Shown here: in pieces, positions 1 to 9,262 of the stretch
Layout: each line of letters starts with the position of its first letter
How positions within the stretch are numbered: position 1 is the stretch's first letter
Source of the DNA: a virus
Taxonomy: Duplodnaviria > Caudoviricetes
DNA length: 60,297 nt
IMG/VR virus record: IMGVR_UViG_3300017941_000009
Coordinates: 1-60,297 of that record
Reading direction: 5' to 3' (one strand)
Position numbers and translations under genes: made by a program
The notes under the pieces: model-generated
Seen by the model: the letters and a program-made list of their open reading frames with translations, nothing else
Databases searched by the model: none
What the model was told of the DNA's origin: nothing

Positions 1-71
1 ACACCGAGACGGGCGAGATCCACGGACTGCCGGAAGGTACGCCTCCCGCGGAAGAAGAGGTAGACCTGTGA
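1..71 (+). CDS. recT: Probable C-terminal tail of RecT, continuing from the window end
   Basis: Frame from nt 3 reads TETGEIHGLPEGTPPAEEEVDL*. Joined to ...PPDV at 60297 it gives the VDxETGEI motif typical of RecT/SSAP C-termini. The stop overlaps the next GTG (GTGA). Confidence 0.7.
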   Translation, partial: TETGEIHGLPEGTPPAEEEVDL

Positions 72-370
72 GCGAGATCCCTGAGGGCCCGCCGGCGGAT
101 CCAGCCACCAACGGCTCGGATGCCACGGACATCCCGGCGGGTCTCTCGCTCGCGGAGTACGAGGATCTACGCGCGAAACTCGAGGCGGTGCGGAACTGGG
201 GCGTGGGCTCGATGGGCTACAAGCAGGCGTGCGAGCACTTCTACAAGTTCTGCAACGAGCACGGCCACGCCATCCTCGTGACGTGCGCGGCCGCGCTGGG
301 GCAGCCCGCTCCGGCCGACTGGCCCCAGAGCCAAGTGAGTTACGGCAAGGTCACGGAGATGGGCGGCTAG
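68..370 (+). CDS. Hypothetical protein
   Basis: GTGA coupling to the upstream stop, SD-like GAGG, phage-like codon usage. Confidence 0.6.
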   Translation: MSEIPEGPPADPATNGSDATDIPAGLSLAEYEDLRAKLEAVRNWGVGSMGYKQACEHFYKFCNEHGHAILVTCAAALGQPAPADWPQSQVSYGKVTEMGG

Positions 371-652
371 GTGGATTCCCTGCGCCGGGTCCCCTCAGAC
401 GGGGCCGCAGCTCCCTCTCCCTGCGGTGGGGTCACACCCGCCCGGCCAGGGCACCCGCGGCTCGGCCGTGGGGCCCACATCATCTCCTACGATGACGCGG
501 TGCAGTACCTGCTCGCCTTGACGCACCGGCGGCCCTACTTTCAGTTCTCGCGCGACGAGCGGCGCGGCTGGCGCTCCGCGATTGCCGCGCTCCGCGACCG
601 CCGAGAGGAACTCCTGGGCGAGCTGCGCGACCTCGGAGTGCGGATCCCGTGA
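371..652 (+). CDS. Hypothetical protein
   Basis: Abuts the previous stop and is part of a coupled chain; start uncertain. Confidence 0.5.
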   Translation: MDSLRRVPSDGAAAPSPCGGVTPARPGHPRLGRGAHIISYDDAVQYLLALTHRRPYFQFSRDERRGWRSAIAALRDRREELLGELRDLGVRIP

Positions 653-768
653 CGCAGCTAACTCCCGATCCCTCCCGCCGGGTCGTGGTAGCGCTCCTGG
701 TGATCGCGGCGCTTATCGGCCTCGTCGTCGCCTGGATGTGCCTGACGGATGGCGGGAGGCTCCTGTGA
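649..768 (+). CDS. Small single-TM membrane peptide (39 aa)
   Basis: MTQLTPDPSRRVVVALLVIAALIGLVVAWMCLTDGGRLL*, with GTGA overlaps at both ends. Not in the ORF track. Confidence 0.55.
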   Translation: MTQLTPDPSRRVVVALLVIAALIGLVVAWMCLTDGGRLL

Positions 769-1124
769 GCGGCCCGGAGCGCCCCGACTGGGACCTCTTC
801 CACCAGCCGCCAGAGCCCCCCACGGGCCCCCAGACCGACGTCAGCTCCTTCCCGAGGGGCTACCACGCCTGGGTCGCCTTCAAGTCCTCACGGCGCGGCC
901 AGGTCGTCTGGCGCTGGTGGGAGAACCGCGCCCTGATGCTCGCGGCTGCCCCGGATCCCAGGATCTCGGCGCGTACGATGCTCGCACAGGCCAGGGAGAA
1001 GTACCGCGTGAAGATCAACGACCACTGGTCCCCGCTTCTGGCTGACGACCTAGTCGCGCGGCATCCGCACCTCGAGGCGTTCATCGAGCGCCGGGTCCGG
1101 AAGTCCACCGAGAACACGCCGTGA
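765..1124 (+). CDS. Conserved-looking phage hypothetical protein
   Basis: GGAGG SD before GTG 765. The C-terminal KINDHWSPLLADDL...HPHLEAFIERR pattern resembles a common phage family. Confidence 0.65.
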   Translation: MSGPERPDWDLFHQPPEPPTGPQTDVSSFPRGYHAWVAFKSSRRGQVVWRWWENRALMLAAAPDPRISARTMLAQAREKYRVKINDHWSPLLADDLVARHPHLEAFIERRVRKSTENTP

Positions 1125-1127
1125 CTC

Positions 1128-1260
1128 TTGCGTCGTGGACGCAGGCGTGTACGTTGGGGTCGTCGGCGTGTGGACCGTCGGCGTTCGTGTCTCTGTCGGC
1201 CCGTGTCGCCTGCCCGCCCCAGCTTCGGCTGGGGGTCCACCGGGTAGGCACCGGGCCGAT
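1128..1260 (+). ncRNA. Putative promoter plus structured leader (c4/CI antisense-RNA-like)
   Basis: TTGCGT-16-TACGTT (1128..1155). Nested stems 1196-1203/1252-1259 and 1208-1216/1241-1249, UUCG hairpin 1217-1234, and bulge GGTCCAC (1234-1240) complementary to GTGGACC (1170-1176). Confidence 0.45.
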
Positions 1261-1275
1261 CCCGTTGAGGCGCTG

Positions 1276-1872
1276 ATGGAGCGGAAACAAGTATCGACTC
1301 GCACCCGTTTCGAGGTCTTCAAGCGGGACAAGTTCACCTGCCAGTACTGCGGCCGCACTCCGCCGACGGTCATCCTGCACGTTGATCACATCGTCGCCGT
1401 CGCCAATGGGGGCACCGGCGACCCCCTGAACCTCATCACGGCCTGCGCTGACTGTAACCTCGGGAAGGCGGCCGTGCCGCTCGGCCAGGTGCACCGGCCC
1501 ATCGCCGAGCAGATCGCCGAGGCCGAGGAGCGGAAGGCCCAGGTCGAGGCATTCAACGCCTTCCTGATGGAGGCGCGCGACGAGGAGACAAGACAGGTGG
1601 AGGAGGTCGGGCGGTACTGGTACAACAAGTTCGCGAAGACCCCCGAGGAGCGTGACGAGTGGTGCTTCGGACCGGGGCGTATCCCCTCCATCCGCACCTT
1701 CGTGCGCCGCCTACCACTGGCGGAAATCTTCGACGCGATCGACATCGCTGAGGACCGCATCTTCGCCATCGACAGCGGCTCGGACTACAAGCGGTTCAAG
1801 TACTTCTGCGGGGTCTGCTGGCACAAGATCCGCGACCACGAGAACCCGCCGGCGGTCGGTAGCGATGGCTAG
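1276..1872 (+). CDS. HNH endonuclease
   Basis: RFEVFKRDKFTCQYCG...LHVDHIVAVANGG...NLITACADCNLGK is a canonical HNH with Zn ligands. Confidence 0.92.
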   Translation: MERKQVSTRTRFEVFKRDKFTCQYCGRTPPTVILHVDHIVAVANGGTGDPLNLITACADCNLGKAAVPLGQVHRPIAEQIAEAEERKAQVEAFNAFLMEARDEETRQVEEVGRYWYNKFAKTPEERDEWCFGPGRIPSIRTFVRRLPLAEIFDAIDIAEDRIFAIDSGSDYKRFKYFCGVCWHKIRDHENPPAVGSDG

Positions 1873-2686
1873 GATCCGTTCGATTAAGCCGGAACTCCCC
1901 CAGGACGCGAAGCTCGCGAGACTCTCGCGAGGGACTCGCTACCACTTCGTGCTCCTGTGGCTGGTGGCCGACGACGAGGGGTACTTTCGCGCATCCCCGA
2001 GACTTCTACTCGGACAACTCTACCCGCATGACCGAGACCTCGGAGAAGCGGCCGTGGACGGCATGACAGCGGAGCTCCGCGACGGTGGGTTCATCGAAGT
2101 GCAAATGACGGCAGACGGCCCACTTGGGCACATCGTGAACTGGTCGAAACACCAGCGCATCGACAAGCCGTCGAAGTCGCACCTTGCCCCACTATTCGCG
2201 AGTGCCTCGCGAGGGTCTCGCGAGGGTGTCGCGCCTAGGAGTCCTGAGTCTGGAGTCCTGAGTCTTGACCATTCGGCTTCTAACGAAGCCGGGGCAGAGC
2301 CCCGCCCGGATAGCACACCGACACCGGAACGGCACGACCACCGCGACTACAGCGTGGCGATGGGTGCGCTGCGGCAATTCGGGTACAAGGGCGGCACCCC
2401 GACCGACCGAGACGGCAAGATTCTGCGCGACTGGATCCGCAGCGGGAAGCACAGCGGTCCCGAGATCGCCTCGGCCTTCGAGGGCCTGCGCTTGGCGACC
2501 GAGGCGGGAAAGACCTGGCTGAAGCCCGGCGAGCAGTTCACGGCACGGGCGCTCATCAACACACGGAGTGGCGACCTGTCGACTTGGGAAGAGGCGATGA
2601 GAGCGATACGCGACAAAGACAGCAGCGGCGAGCGTACTAGTGGCCTCGTCGGCGTCGGCAAACTACTCGGAGGGCCAACAGCGTGA
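1865..2686 (+). CDS. Phage replication initiator / replisome organizer
   Basis: N-terminal MARIRSIKPE...LWLVADDEG...YPHD...NWSKHQRIDKPSKS is typical of phage wHTH initiators. Confidence 0.8.
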   Translation: MARIRSIKPELPQDAKLARLSRGTRYHFVLLWLVADDEGYFRASPRLLLGQLYPHDRDLGEAAVDGMTAELRDGGFIEVQMTADGPLGHIVNWSKHQRIDKPSKSHLAPLFASASRGSREGVAPRSPESGVLSLDHSASNEAGAEPRPDSTPTPERHDHRDYSVAMGALRQFGYKGGTPTDRDGKILRDWIRSGKHSGPEIASAFEGLRLATEAGKTWLKPGEQFTARALINTRSGDLSTWEEAMRAIRDKDSSGERTSGLVGVGKLLGGPTA

Positions 2687-2946
2687 GCACGAAGAAGCCG
2701 AAGGTCGCGAAGCCCCACAAGGGCAAGCTCTGGTGGATGCTCGAGGTGCAGCGAACGGATGGGTCCTGGCTCGCCACCGGCCGCACGCTCCTGCGCGTGA
2801 ACGCCCCGAAAGGGAAGCACCTGGAGTGGGACGGCCGCGGACGGAAGGTGCGCTGGGTTGTCTCGCCAGTCCAGAGCGAGCTGGCCGACCACGATGACGT
2901 TCGGTTCCCGTTCGTGTCGCGCCCTGCGGCTACGGTGTCTCCGTGA
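2683..2946 (+). CDS. Hypothetical protein
   Basis: GTGA-coupled ORF in the early operon. Confidence 0.55.
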   Translation: MSTKKPKVAKPHKGKLWWMLEVQRTDGSWLATGRTLLRVNAPKGKHLEWDGRGRKVRWVVSPVQSELADHDDVRFPFVSRPAATVSP

Positions 2947-3581
2947 CCGCCCCGGCGCCGGCCGCCGCCGCGCTCGCCCAACGGCTGCATGCCGCCTCTG
3001 ACGTACTCCACCACTTCGGCTGTTACGCCTCATCCGCGAGCCTTTACTCTGCCGCGAGGGACGTGGAGCGCGAGGATGCGGGTCAGGGTTGCCCCGGAGC
3101 CGCACCCGCGCTTGCCGCGCTCGACGCCCTGGCCGCGCGGAGCACCCCGGAACTGCGGCATTGCACCTGTCCACCGGACCACTTTCAAGGGCACCTTCCG
3201 GGGTGTCCGCGCATCGCGCCGCCCGCCCCGTCCGCGCCGCGCGAGAGCGAGCAACGGCGTGAGGGCGGCGTCGGCGATATTGGGAGTCACTTGGCGTCAG
3301 TTGGGCACTCGGAGCGCGAGGCCCTGGCCTACCGACTCAAAGTGGCCGCGTTCAATCTTCGCCAGATGGGCGGCTCACTCTGCCGCGATGAGGCAGCGGA
3401 CGTTGAGTCTGTCGCTGCCGCCCTGCTGCGGTTCCCGGCGCTCCCCGCGCGGGAGACCCCTAGCGCCGAGACGCTGGAGGCATGGTTGACCGCGTGGCTG
3501 GACGCTCCGCCGACCTCGCCGCCGTTTGGCGAGTTCACGGTGGCCCGCCTCGCTGCGGCCCCCACGAAAGGAGACGGATGA
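2943..3581 (+). CDS. Hypothetical mosaic protein
   Basis: Coupled ORF with a CTCP...H...CP motif. Shares the DALAARSTP linker with 3888..4721. Confidence 0.55.
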   Translation: MTAPAPAAAALAQRLHAASDVLHHFGCYASSASLYSAARDVEREDAGQGCPGAAPALAALDALAARSTPELRHCTCPPDHFQGHLPGCPRIAPPAPSAPRESEQRREGGVGDIGSHLASVGHSEREALAYRLKVAAFNLRQMGGSLCRDEAADVESVAAALLRFPALPARETPSAETLEAWLTAWLDAPPTSPPFGEFTVARLAAAPTKGDG

Positions 3582-3901
3582 TGAAGCAACCGAAGCCGCT
3601 GGCCGTATTCCTGCGGGTCGCGGCACCTTCCAAGTCTCTTCGCGCACGGCTCTCGCAGGCGGGCTACTGCGTCGTCCTCGTGGACAGCTTGGAGGATATA
3701 CGGGTTGTCCAACCCATCGTGCTCGGTCTCGGCGACGGCACGACGAACGAGCTAGAGCGCGCCTGCATCGAAGTGCTCGGTGCGGCGAGCGACAGCCGCT
3801 CAATGTACGGCAACGAACTGCGCGCGCTCGTGGCGCAAAAGCTCCTCGGCCGTGCGGCGGCACGCATCGCAGCGAGCGGGGGTCCCGATGCTTCCCGCTG
3901 A
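3578..3901 (+). CDS. Hypothetical protein
   Basis: AGGAG SD and ATGA coupling. Confidence 0.55.
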   Translation: MMKQPKPLAVFLRVAAPSKSLRARLSQAGYCVVLVDSLEDIRVVQPIVLGLGDGTTNELERACIEVLGAASDSRSMYGNELRALVAQKLLGRAAARIAASGGPDASR

Positions 3902-4721
3902 CGCGCCGGACCCCGCGCTGCTGCCCTGCCCGTTCTGCGGCGCGGTCGCTGAGGAGTTCGGACGCGGGGCGCTGATCGGCCCCCTCTACGCCGACGAGCC
4001 GGTGCGCGTCGTTCACTGTACGGCCTGCTACTGCGGGACCGACGAGTTCAAGACGCCCGGCGAGGCCATCGCCGCGTGGAACCGTCGTGCGCGTCCCGCG
4101 CTCCCGACGACGCCCTCCGAGGCGGCACTTCGGTCGGTGCAATACGCGCTCGTCATTGCCGAGGGTTTCGTCCGCAAGGTCGGGCCGAATCACGACGACG
4201 CGGAAGCAACGCTCGGGGCAATTCGGACGGCACTCCACGACCTCTGTGCGGTCCCCGTCCCGAAAGAGCAACCGCTTTCGTGGGACCTCGTACCGCCAGC
4301 CGCTCCCGCCGGGGACGCCGCCGCGCTCGTCACGCGGCTCCGCGACCACGCGCGTTTCTTGGCGGGAATGCCACGGTTGGACCGCTATCACTCGGCAACG
4401 GCAATCCTCGTCACGGACTGCGTGGCTGCCGCTGACGCGCTGGCCGCGCGGAGCACCCCGAAGGCGGCCTCCGCGCCGAGCGACGAGGCCGTGGCCCGCG
4501 AACTGGCGAAGACCTATAAGGGCGTACCGTGGGAGGACTTGGACGACTTACACCGCGCCGATCTTCAGGGGATGGTACTCGTCCACCGTGCCGCCGAGCG
4601 TGCCGCGCTGGCCACCGCCCCCACGAACGCGAAATGCGCTCCCGTGATCTGTGTTGGCGACTCGCCTGCCGCCCAAGATGAACGCCTCACCGCGAAGGAG
4701 TTGCACGATGGCCAAGCGTGA
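3888..4721 (+). CDS. Lar-family (restriction alleviation) zinc-ribbon domain protein
   Basis: LLPCPFCG...VHCTACYCG...EAIAAWNRRA signature. Confidence 0.75.
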   Translation: MLPADAPDPALLPCPFCGAVAEEFGRGALIGPLYADEPVRVVHCTACYCGTDEFKTPGEAIAAWNRRARPALPTTPSEAALRSVQYALVIAEGFVRKVGPNHDDAEATLGAIRTALHDLCAVPVPKEQPLSWDLVPPAAPAGDAAALVTRLRDHARFLAGMPRLDRYHSATAILVTDCVAAADALAARSTPKAASAPSDEAVARELAKTYKGVPWEDLDDLHRADLQGMVLVHRAAERAALATAPTNAKCAPVICVGDSPAAQDERLTAKELHDGQA

Positions 4722-4977
4722 TGGCCTCTACCAGAAGTTCGTCGTCGAGCGGGTAGACGGCCGGAGCGCGCCCGGCGAGAAGCACGACGGGTGCCGCTAC
4801 TTCGTCCTCGACCTCGACCACGACAAGTTCGCCGTCCCGGCACTCCGGTCATATGCGATGGCCTGCCGCGCCGAACTGCCACGACTCTCTGCCGACCTCC
4901 TCGACTTCGTGGCAGCGAAGGAGGACGCGATTCGGACAGCAGGTTTAGCCGCCGCCCCCGAGGAGAAGAAGCCGTGA
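4708..4977 (+). CDS. Conserved phage hypothetical protein
   Basis: GLYQKFVVERVDG...CRYFVLDLDHDKFAVPALRSYA pattern, with an AAGGAG SD. Confidence 0.7.
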   Translation: MAKRDGLYQKFVVERVDGRSAPGEKHDGCRYFVLDLDHDKFAVPALRSYAMACRAELPRLSADLLDFVAAKEDAIRTAGLAAAPEEKKP

Positions 4978-5228
4978 AGCAGATGACGGAATACGAACGC
5001 CAGGCGCGCGTGCGGAACTGCGCCGTTGCGATGGGAAAGTCGGCGCCTTGGGCCTTCGGCGTGATGGCGGCGGCGGACCTCGCGGACGGCTATAACGGCT
5101 GCACCACGCACCCGTGGCGACTTGGCGACTGCATCCTGCTCAAACTCAACCTCATCACGAAGCCGATGGTGCGGAAGAATCGCGGAGCGTCCGCCTCCCC
5201 GGTGCCGCGCAGGGAGCAGACACCGTGA
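4974..5228 (+). CDS. Hypothetical protein
   Basis: GTGA-coupled ORF (MKQMTEYERQ...). Confidence 0.5.
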   Translation: MKQMTEYERQARVRNCAVAMGKSAPWAFGVMAAADLADGYNGCTTHPWRLGDCILLKLNLITKPMVRKNRGASASPVPRREQTP

Positions 5229-5333
5229 CGCCCGGCCGCGCGCGCCGCCTCCTCGCCGCCTGGCTCGCCGCCGCCTTCGGGCTCGGCCTCCTCTGGGGCC
5301 GCCTCGGATGAGCGCGCAGCGCGAGGCCCCGCA

Positions 5334-5717
5334 GTGAAGCGCGGCGGCTGGCTGAAGCGGACCACCCGCTTGCGCTCCAGCGGGAAGCGGCTGAAGCGGT
5401 GCCGCCTGAAGGCCCGGGGCGGGCACCTCTTCAAGAAGGACCGGGATCCCACGTACCTGGCACGGGTTCGCACCTGGACCTGCGTGATGCGCGGGCTCTC
5501 GCCCTGCTGGGGCCGGGTGGATCCCCACCACACGATCAAGCAGTCGCACGCCGGTGCCGACCATGCGGCGGTCCCGCTCTGCCAGGGTCATCACGACGAA
5601 GTGGACCGCATCCCGCGGTCCACTTGGCGCCGGCGCTATCCCGGACTCAATCTCCTCGCGATCGCGCGCGAGCTCTATGAGGACTATGCGGCGGGACTCT
5701 CCGCCGGCGGCAGGTAG
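5334..5717 (+). CDS. DUF968/Ref-like HNH-fold nuclease
   Basis: Basic N-terminus, then YLARVR..CV...C...DPHH...VPLCQGHH. Confidence 0.7.
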   Translation: MKRGGWLKRTTRLRSSGKRLKRCRLKARGGHLFKKDRDPTYLARVRTWTCVMRGLSPCWGRVDPHHTIKQSHAGADHAAVPLCQGHHDEVDRIPRSTWRRRYPGLNLLAIARELYEDYAAGLSAGGR

Positions 5718-5887
5718 TACCCCCGCTCGAGACCCTGTTTGACTATGCGCACCACGTGCGCCGGCACGCGGTGCTTCCCCGCCACCCAGTAGCGCACCGC
5801 CCGATCGGTGACGTGGAGATCCCGCGCGAGCTGGACCTGAGAGAGGCCGAGCACCTGGAGGCCGTCCCGCAGCTCGAGGGGCGACAT
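5684..5887 (-). CDS. XRE-family helix-turn-helix protein
   Basis: LGLSQVQLARDLHVTDRAVRYWVAGKHRVP, with a GGAGG SD. Confidence 0.85.
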   Translation of the reverse strand: MSPLELRDGLQVLGLSQVQLARDLHVTDRAVRYWVAGKHRVPAHVVRIVKQGLERGYYLPPAESPAA

Positions 5888-6459
5888 CAGCCCTCCTTCT
5901 TCCCCAGGAAGTCGATCAGCTTCTCCTCCATCGCCGCGGCCTGCTCGGTGCTGCTGCGTCCGTAGCCGAGCTTCAGCTTGAAGGCGTGGGCCTCCAGGGC
6001 CTTCTCGAGGGCCTGGTCCGCCACCCGCTTCGCGCGCTCCGCCTCCCGCGCGTCCTTCGCCAGCCGCTGCACGAGGGCGATCGCAGGATCCCCCAGGCGG
6101 AAGAAGTAGGGGTCGCTGACCGTGCGATCCTCCTTCTGTCCGTGCACGCGCACGGTGATCGCGTGGGTGTGGGCGTTCACGCCGCGGAACGCCACCTGGA
6201 GCCACTGGTCCTGCTCTTCATCCTCGGGGTCGTCCCAGCGGTAGCGTGACATCTCCAGGAACATCATCGCCGGCACCTTCTGAGCCGCCAGGCGGCTGCT
6301 CACGCGCCGCGCCGTGTCGATCTTCCGCTTCAGGCCGACGAGAGTCTTGTCGGTCCAATGCGTTCCCTGCGTGTCGCGCGCGTAGAACTCTCCCGTCTGG
6401 GGATCCAGGCGGATTTCGAGTCCGGCGTGCGTGCCGACGATCGGGTTGGTCTCCTTCAT
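5887..6459 (-). CDS. Hypothetical early protein
   Basis: Coupled ORF in the leftward operon, GAGGAGG SD. Confidence 0.7.
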   Translation of the reverse strand: MKETNPIVGTHAGLEIRLDPQTGEFYARDTQGTHWTDKTLVGLKRKIDTARRVSSRLAAQKVPAMMFLEMSRYRWDDPEDEEQDQWLQVAFRGVNAHTHAITVRVHGQKEDRTVSDPYFFRLGDPAIALVQRLAKDAREAERAKRVADQALEKALEAHAFKLKLGYGRSSTEQAAAMEEKLIDFLGKKEG

Positions 6460-6776
6460 AGCGCAGCCTCCTCGGTGGGGCCTGGCTCGGCATCGGGCAG
6501 GCCCTCGTTAATGGCGCCGGTGGTGAGGTTGACCCAGCCGCAGAACCAGTAGCGCCAGTTGATGGTGGTGGGCGTGTCGGGCATCCGCCGCGGTGCCGCG
6601 TGGAAGGTGACGTCGGGCCCGATGGCCAGGAACTGCAGGTGCCCGAGCTCCGGGTGCCCCAGATCGACGTTCTGGTACGCGGCCCAGCGGGTGGTGGGCT
6701 TCTCGGCCGTGAGCGCGCGCATCTTGGCGAGCGCCTCGGGATCCGGCCGGTCGGTGTCCAGGATGGGGCGGCTCAC
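6456..6776 (-). CDS. Hypothetical early protein
   Basis: GAGGA SD before GTG; WAAYQNVDLGHPELGHLQFL. Confidence 0.65.
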   Translation of the reverse strand: MSRPILDTDRPDPEALAKMRALTAEKPTTRWAAYQNVDLGHPELGHLQFLAIGPDVTFHAAPRRMPDTPTTINWRYWFCGWVNLTTGAINEGLPDAEPGPTEEAAL

Positions 6777-7003
6777 AGGTTCCTCACCAGGACTTCGTTG
6801 CGGAAGGCCCGCAGCAACCGCCTGCGGTACGGTTCGCCGGCCACGCACATCGTGGCGGCCTCGAAGCGGGCAGCGAGCCACCAGCGGAGCTCAATGCCGT
6901 TCCACTCCTTCGGAAACTTCCCCGCCTTCGCCAGGGCGACCCCGTCTTTCAGGATCGAGCCGGTGAGCTCGCGCAGGAAGCGCGCCTGCTCACGGCGGGT
7001 CAC
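6773..7003 (-). CDS. Hypothetical early protein
   Basis: GTGA-coupled; FPKEWNGIELRWWLA. Confidence 0.6.
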   Translation of the reverse strand: MTRREQARFLRELTGSILKDGVALAKAGKFPKEWNGIELRWWLAARFEAATMCVAGEPYRRRLLRAFRNEVLVRNL

Positions 7004-7242
7004 TGCTCGTCGTCGAAGGCGAGCGTCGGACTCTCGGCGCCGCCCTCGTCCTCGTACGTGACGCCCTGACCGACGAGGTCGTCGAGCTTCGTCACGCCGC
7101 GGGCATCGACCAGGTGCTGGAACATCCGGTGGTCGAAGTGCACGATCGTGAACGGGCGCTTCCCGGGTTCGACCTTGTCGGCCGTCACCCACACGGAGAC
7201 GATGGTTCCGTGATTCTCGACACTGGTGATGGTGCCGTGCAT
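7000..7242 (-). CDS. Hypothetical early protein
   Basis: Coupled ORF with SD. Confidence 0.65.
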   Translation of the reverse strand: MHGTITSVENHGTIVSVWVTADKVEPGKRPFTIVHFDHRMFQHLVDARGVTKLDDLVGQGVTYEDEGGAESPTLAFDDEQ

Positions 7243-7541
7243 CAGATCCCCCGCTGTGCGGCGAAGCGCCGCGTGGCAGCCCGTCCCGCTCGCTCGATCT
7301 TGGCGATGAGCTGGGCTTCGGTGCCCTCGAAGAGGGTGATGAGTGCCCCGCTCCCGTTGTAGGGGCGGGCGATAACCGAGACGGTGCGCCGCTCGTCCTT
7401 CTCGCCGGCGCGCTGCAGGTGCATCTCCACCTCGACCTGCACGCGCCAGGTGTTGGCGCGCACCGTGATGCCGCTCGCCTTCGAGCCCAGGCGCGAGGCT
7501 GGACCCCGGCAGCCGTAGATCTCGCCGCGGAACTCAGCCAC
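7242..7541 (-). CDS. Hypothetical early protein
   Basis: GGAGG SD; AEFRGEIYGCRGPASRLGSKASGI. Confidence 0.65.
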   Translation of the reverse strand: MAEFRGEIYGCRGPASRLGSKASGITVRANTWRVQVEVEMHLQRAGEKDERRTVSVIARPYNGSGALITLFEGTEAQLIAKIERAGRAATRRFAAQRGI

Positions 7542-8196
7542 GGGCCACCTCCTGCTTCGTCCAGAGCGTGGCATCCGCTGCGAACTGCCAGAGGATGCGC
7601 GTCACCACGAACTGCTGGTCCGGGTGGTCCCAGACGTAGTCCCGGAAGCGGTGGAAGAGCTCGTCGCCCGTCTCGCCGCTGTAGTCGCGGCTGGCGCTGA
7701 AGGTGTCGAAGTCACCCTCGCCGTCCTTGCCCTCGACCTTCGTGTAGCCCGCCTCCTCCAGTGCCTTCTCGACCACCCGCTCATCGAGCGCGTGGCGGAA
7801 CTGGTCCCAGGTCAGCCGCCCCTGCACCGGCCAGCCGGGGATGACGTCGTTTTTCCGGCCCTTCGCCAGGGCCTTTGGCAGCGCCGCGGCGTAGCAGGCG
7901 TTGCAGAGGACGCCGTCGTCGAGGGACTGGTACTGCATCACGCCCCAGGTCAGCGGCTCGCTGAAGACGTACTTCCCGCAGCCGTCGCAGAGCCGGTACT
8001 GCTCGTCGAGGCTCTCGTTGGTGAGGAGCTCCCCGTCGATGAAGTTGAGCGTCTCGCCCTTCGTGATGAGGGCCTCGACCTCGGCTTGGCCCTCCGCGTT
8101 GAAGTGCTCCCTGGCCCAGGCGCGCGCCTCTTCGGGCGTGGCGCAGGTCGCCTGGTACGTGACGTTCAGCCCAGCCAGGGCCTGTGGTGCGAACAT
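7534..8196 (-). CDS. Hypothetical early protein with CxxC...CxxC motif
   Basis: AAGGAG SD; LCDGCG...LCNACY. Confidence 0.7.
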   Translation of the reverse strand: MFAPQALAGLNVTYQATCATPEEARAWAREHFNAEGQAEVEALITKGETLNFIDGELLTNESLDEQYRLCDGCGKYVFSEPLTWGVMQYQSLDDGVLCNACYAAALPKALAKGRKNDVIPGWPVQGRLTWDQFRHALDERVVEKALEEAGYTKVEGKDGEGDFDTFSASRDYSGETGDELFHRFRDYVWDHPDQQFVVTRILWQFAADATLWTKQEVARG

Positions 8197-8198
8197 CG

Positions 8199-9262
8199 TT
8201 AGTGCTCCTTCACGTCGGAGGTGAGCATCCGCTCGACCCACTTCATCGCGGACGCGCGCAGCTTGTAGCTCATCGAGGTGCGGCTGTCGTCCAGCACGCC
8301 GAACCAGCCGAAGCGCCCGCGGATAACGGCGGCCCCGCGGTCGTCCTTCCAGATACGGGGCTGGATCTTGCGCCAGGGGGAAGTCATAGCCGCCGTGTCT
8401 CGTGGGCGATCATCCGGTCCAGCGCGAGCAGTGCCGCGGCCGGCGCATCGGGGAGGTTGGCGAGGACGGCAGCCAGCCGCATCCCCCGCTTGGGCTGGTG
8501 CTTCGGGCAGCGCCACTCGGTGCGCCGCGGCTGCCGCTTGTACGGCGGGATGACCCACCGCTCAACGGGGGTCTTCCCGCAGCGGACGGTCTTCCCGTGC
8601 TTCGAGCCCACGGGGCACTCGCAGCGGGCGGGGTTCACGACTGCCTCCCTTCGGTGGTGAGGAGTCCACGGGTGACCCGGCGCCGCCTGGTCGGCAGCTT
8701 CCGCATCAGGAGCGCGCGAGTGTAGAGGGCGCCCCACGGGATCGAGACGTCGGCCGGCCCGCCGCGGCGGCAGCGCAGCGGGCGGAGGATGAGGATGTCG
8801 GACCGCACCTCGGCCACGTAGTCCTGGCCCCGGGTGTCGGTGACAATCCGGCGGACGATGCTCTTCGCGGCGCGGGTCACTGGCCCCTCGCATGATAGCA
8901 GTTCGAGAGGTGCGCGATCGGCGCGTTGGGGCAGTCGCAGTTGGGCCCCTCGACGTCGCCGTCGGCGTAGTGGGTGTTGCCGTGCGCGTCGACACGGACG
9001 ATCTCGCGATCGCCAGGCATCTGCTGGACCCAGGTCTGGCGCGCGTAGTCGAAGTACCAGGATCCGCCAACCATCAAAACGCCCCCTTCCGCGTGGCGCG
9101 CTGCGCGAGCTCGCGCCGGATTTCGTTGATGACTTCCTGCCGGAAGAAGTTGTCGCCGACATTCGGGTCGGCCTCGAGATCCTCGAGATAGACGAGCCGC
9201 ACCACGAGGGCCGGGGTCCGCCATTCGGTGAAGCGGTCGGTCTCGCCCGTGCGCGTGCTCAT
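8199..9262 (-). other. Five small coupled early ORFs (8199..8387, 8384..8638, 8635..8880, 8877..9074, 9074..9262)
   Basis: Four start/stop overlaps chain them, mostly with purine-rich SDs. Function not recognisable. Confidence 0.55.
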
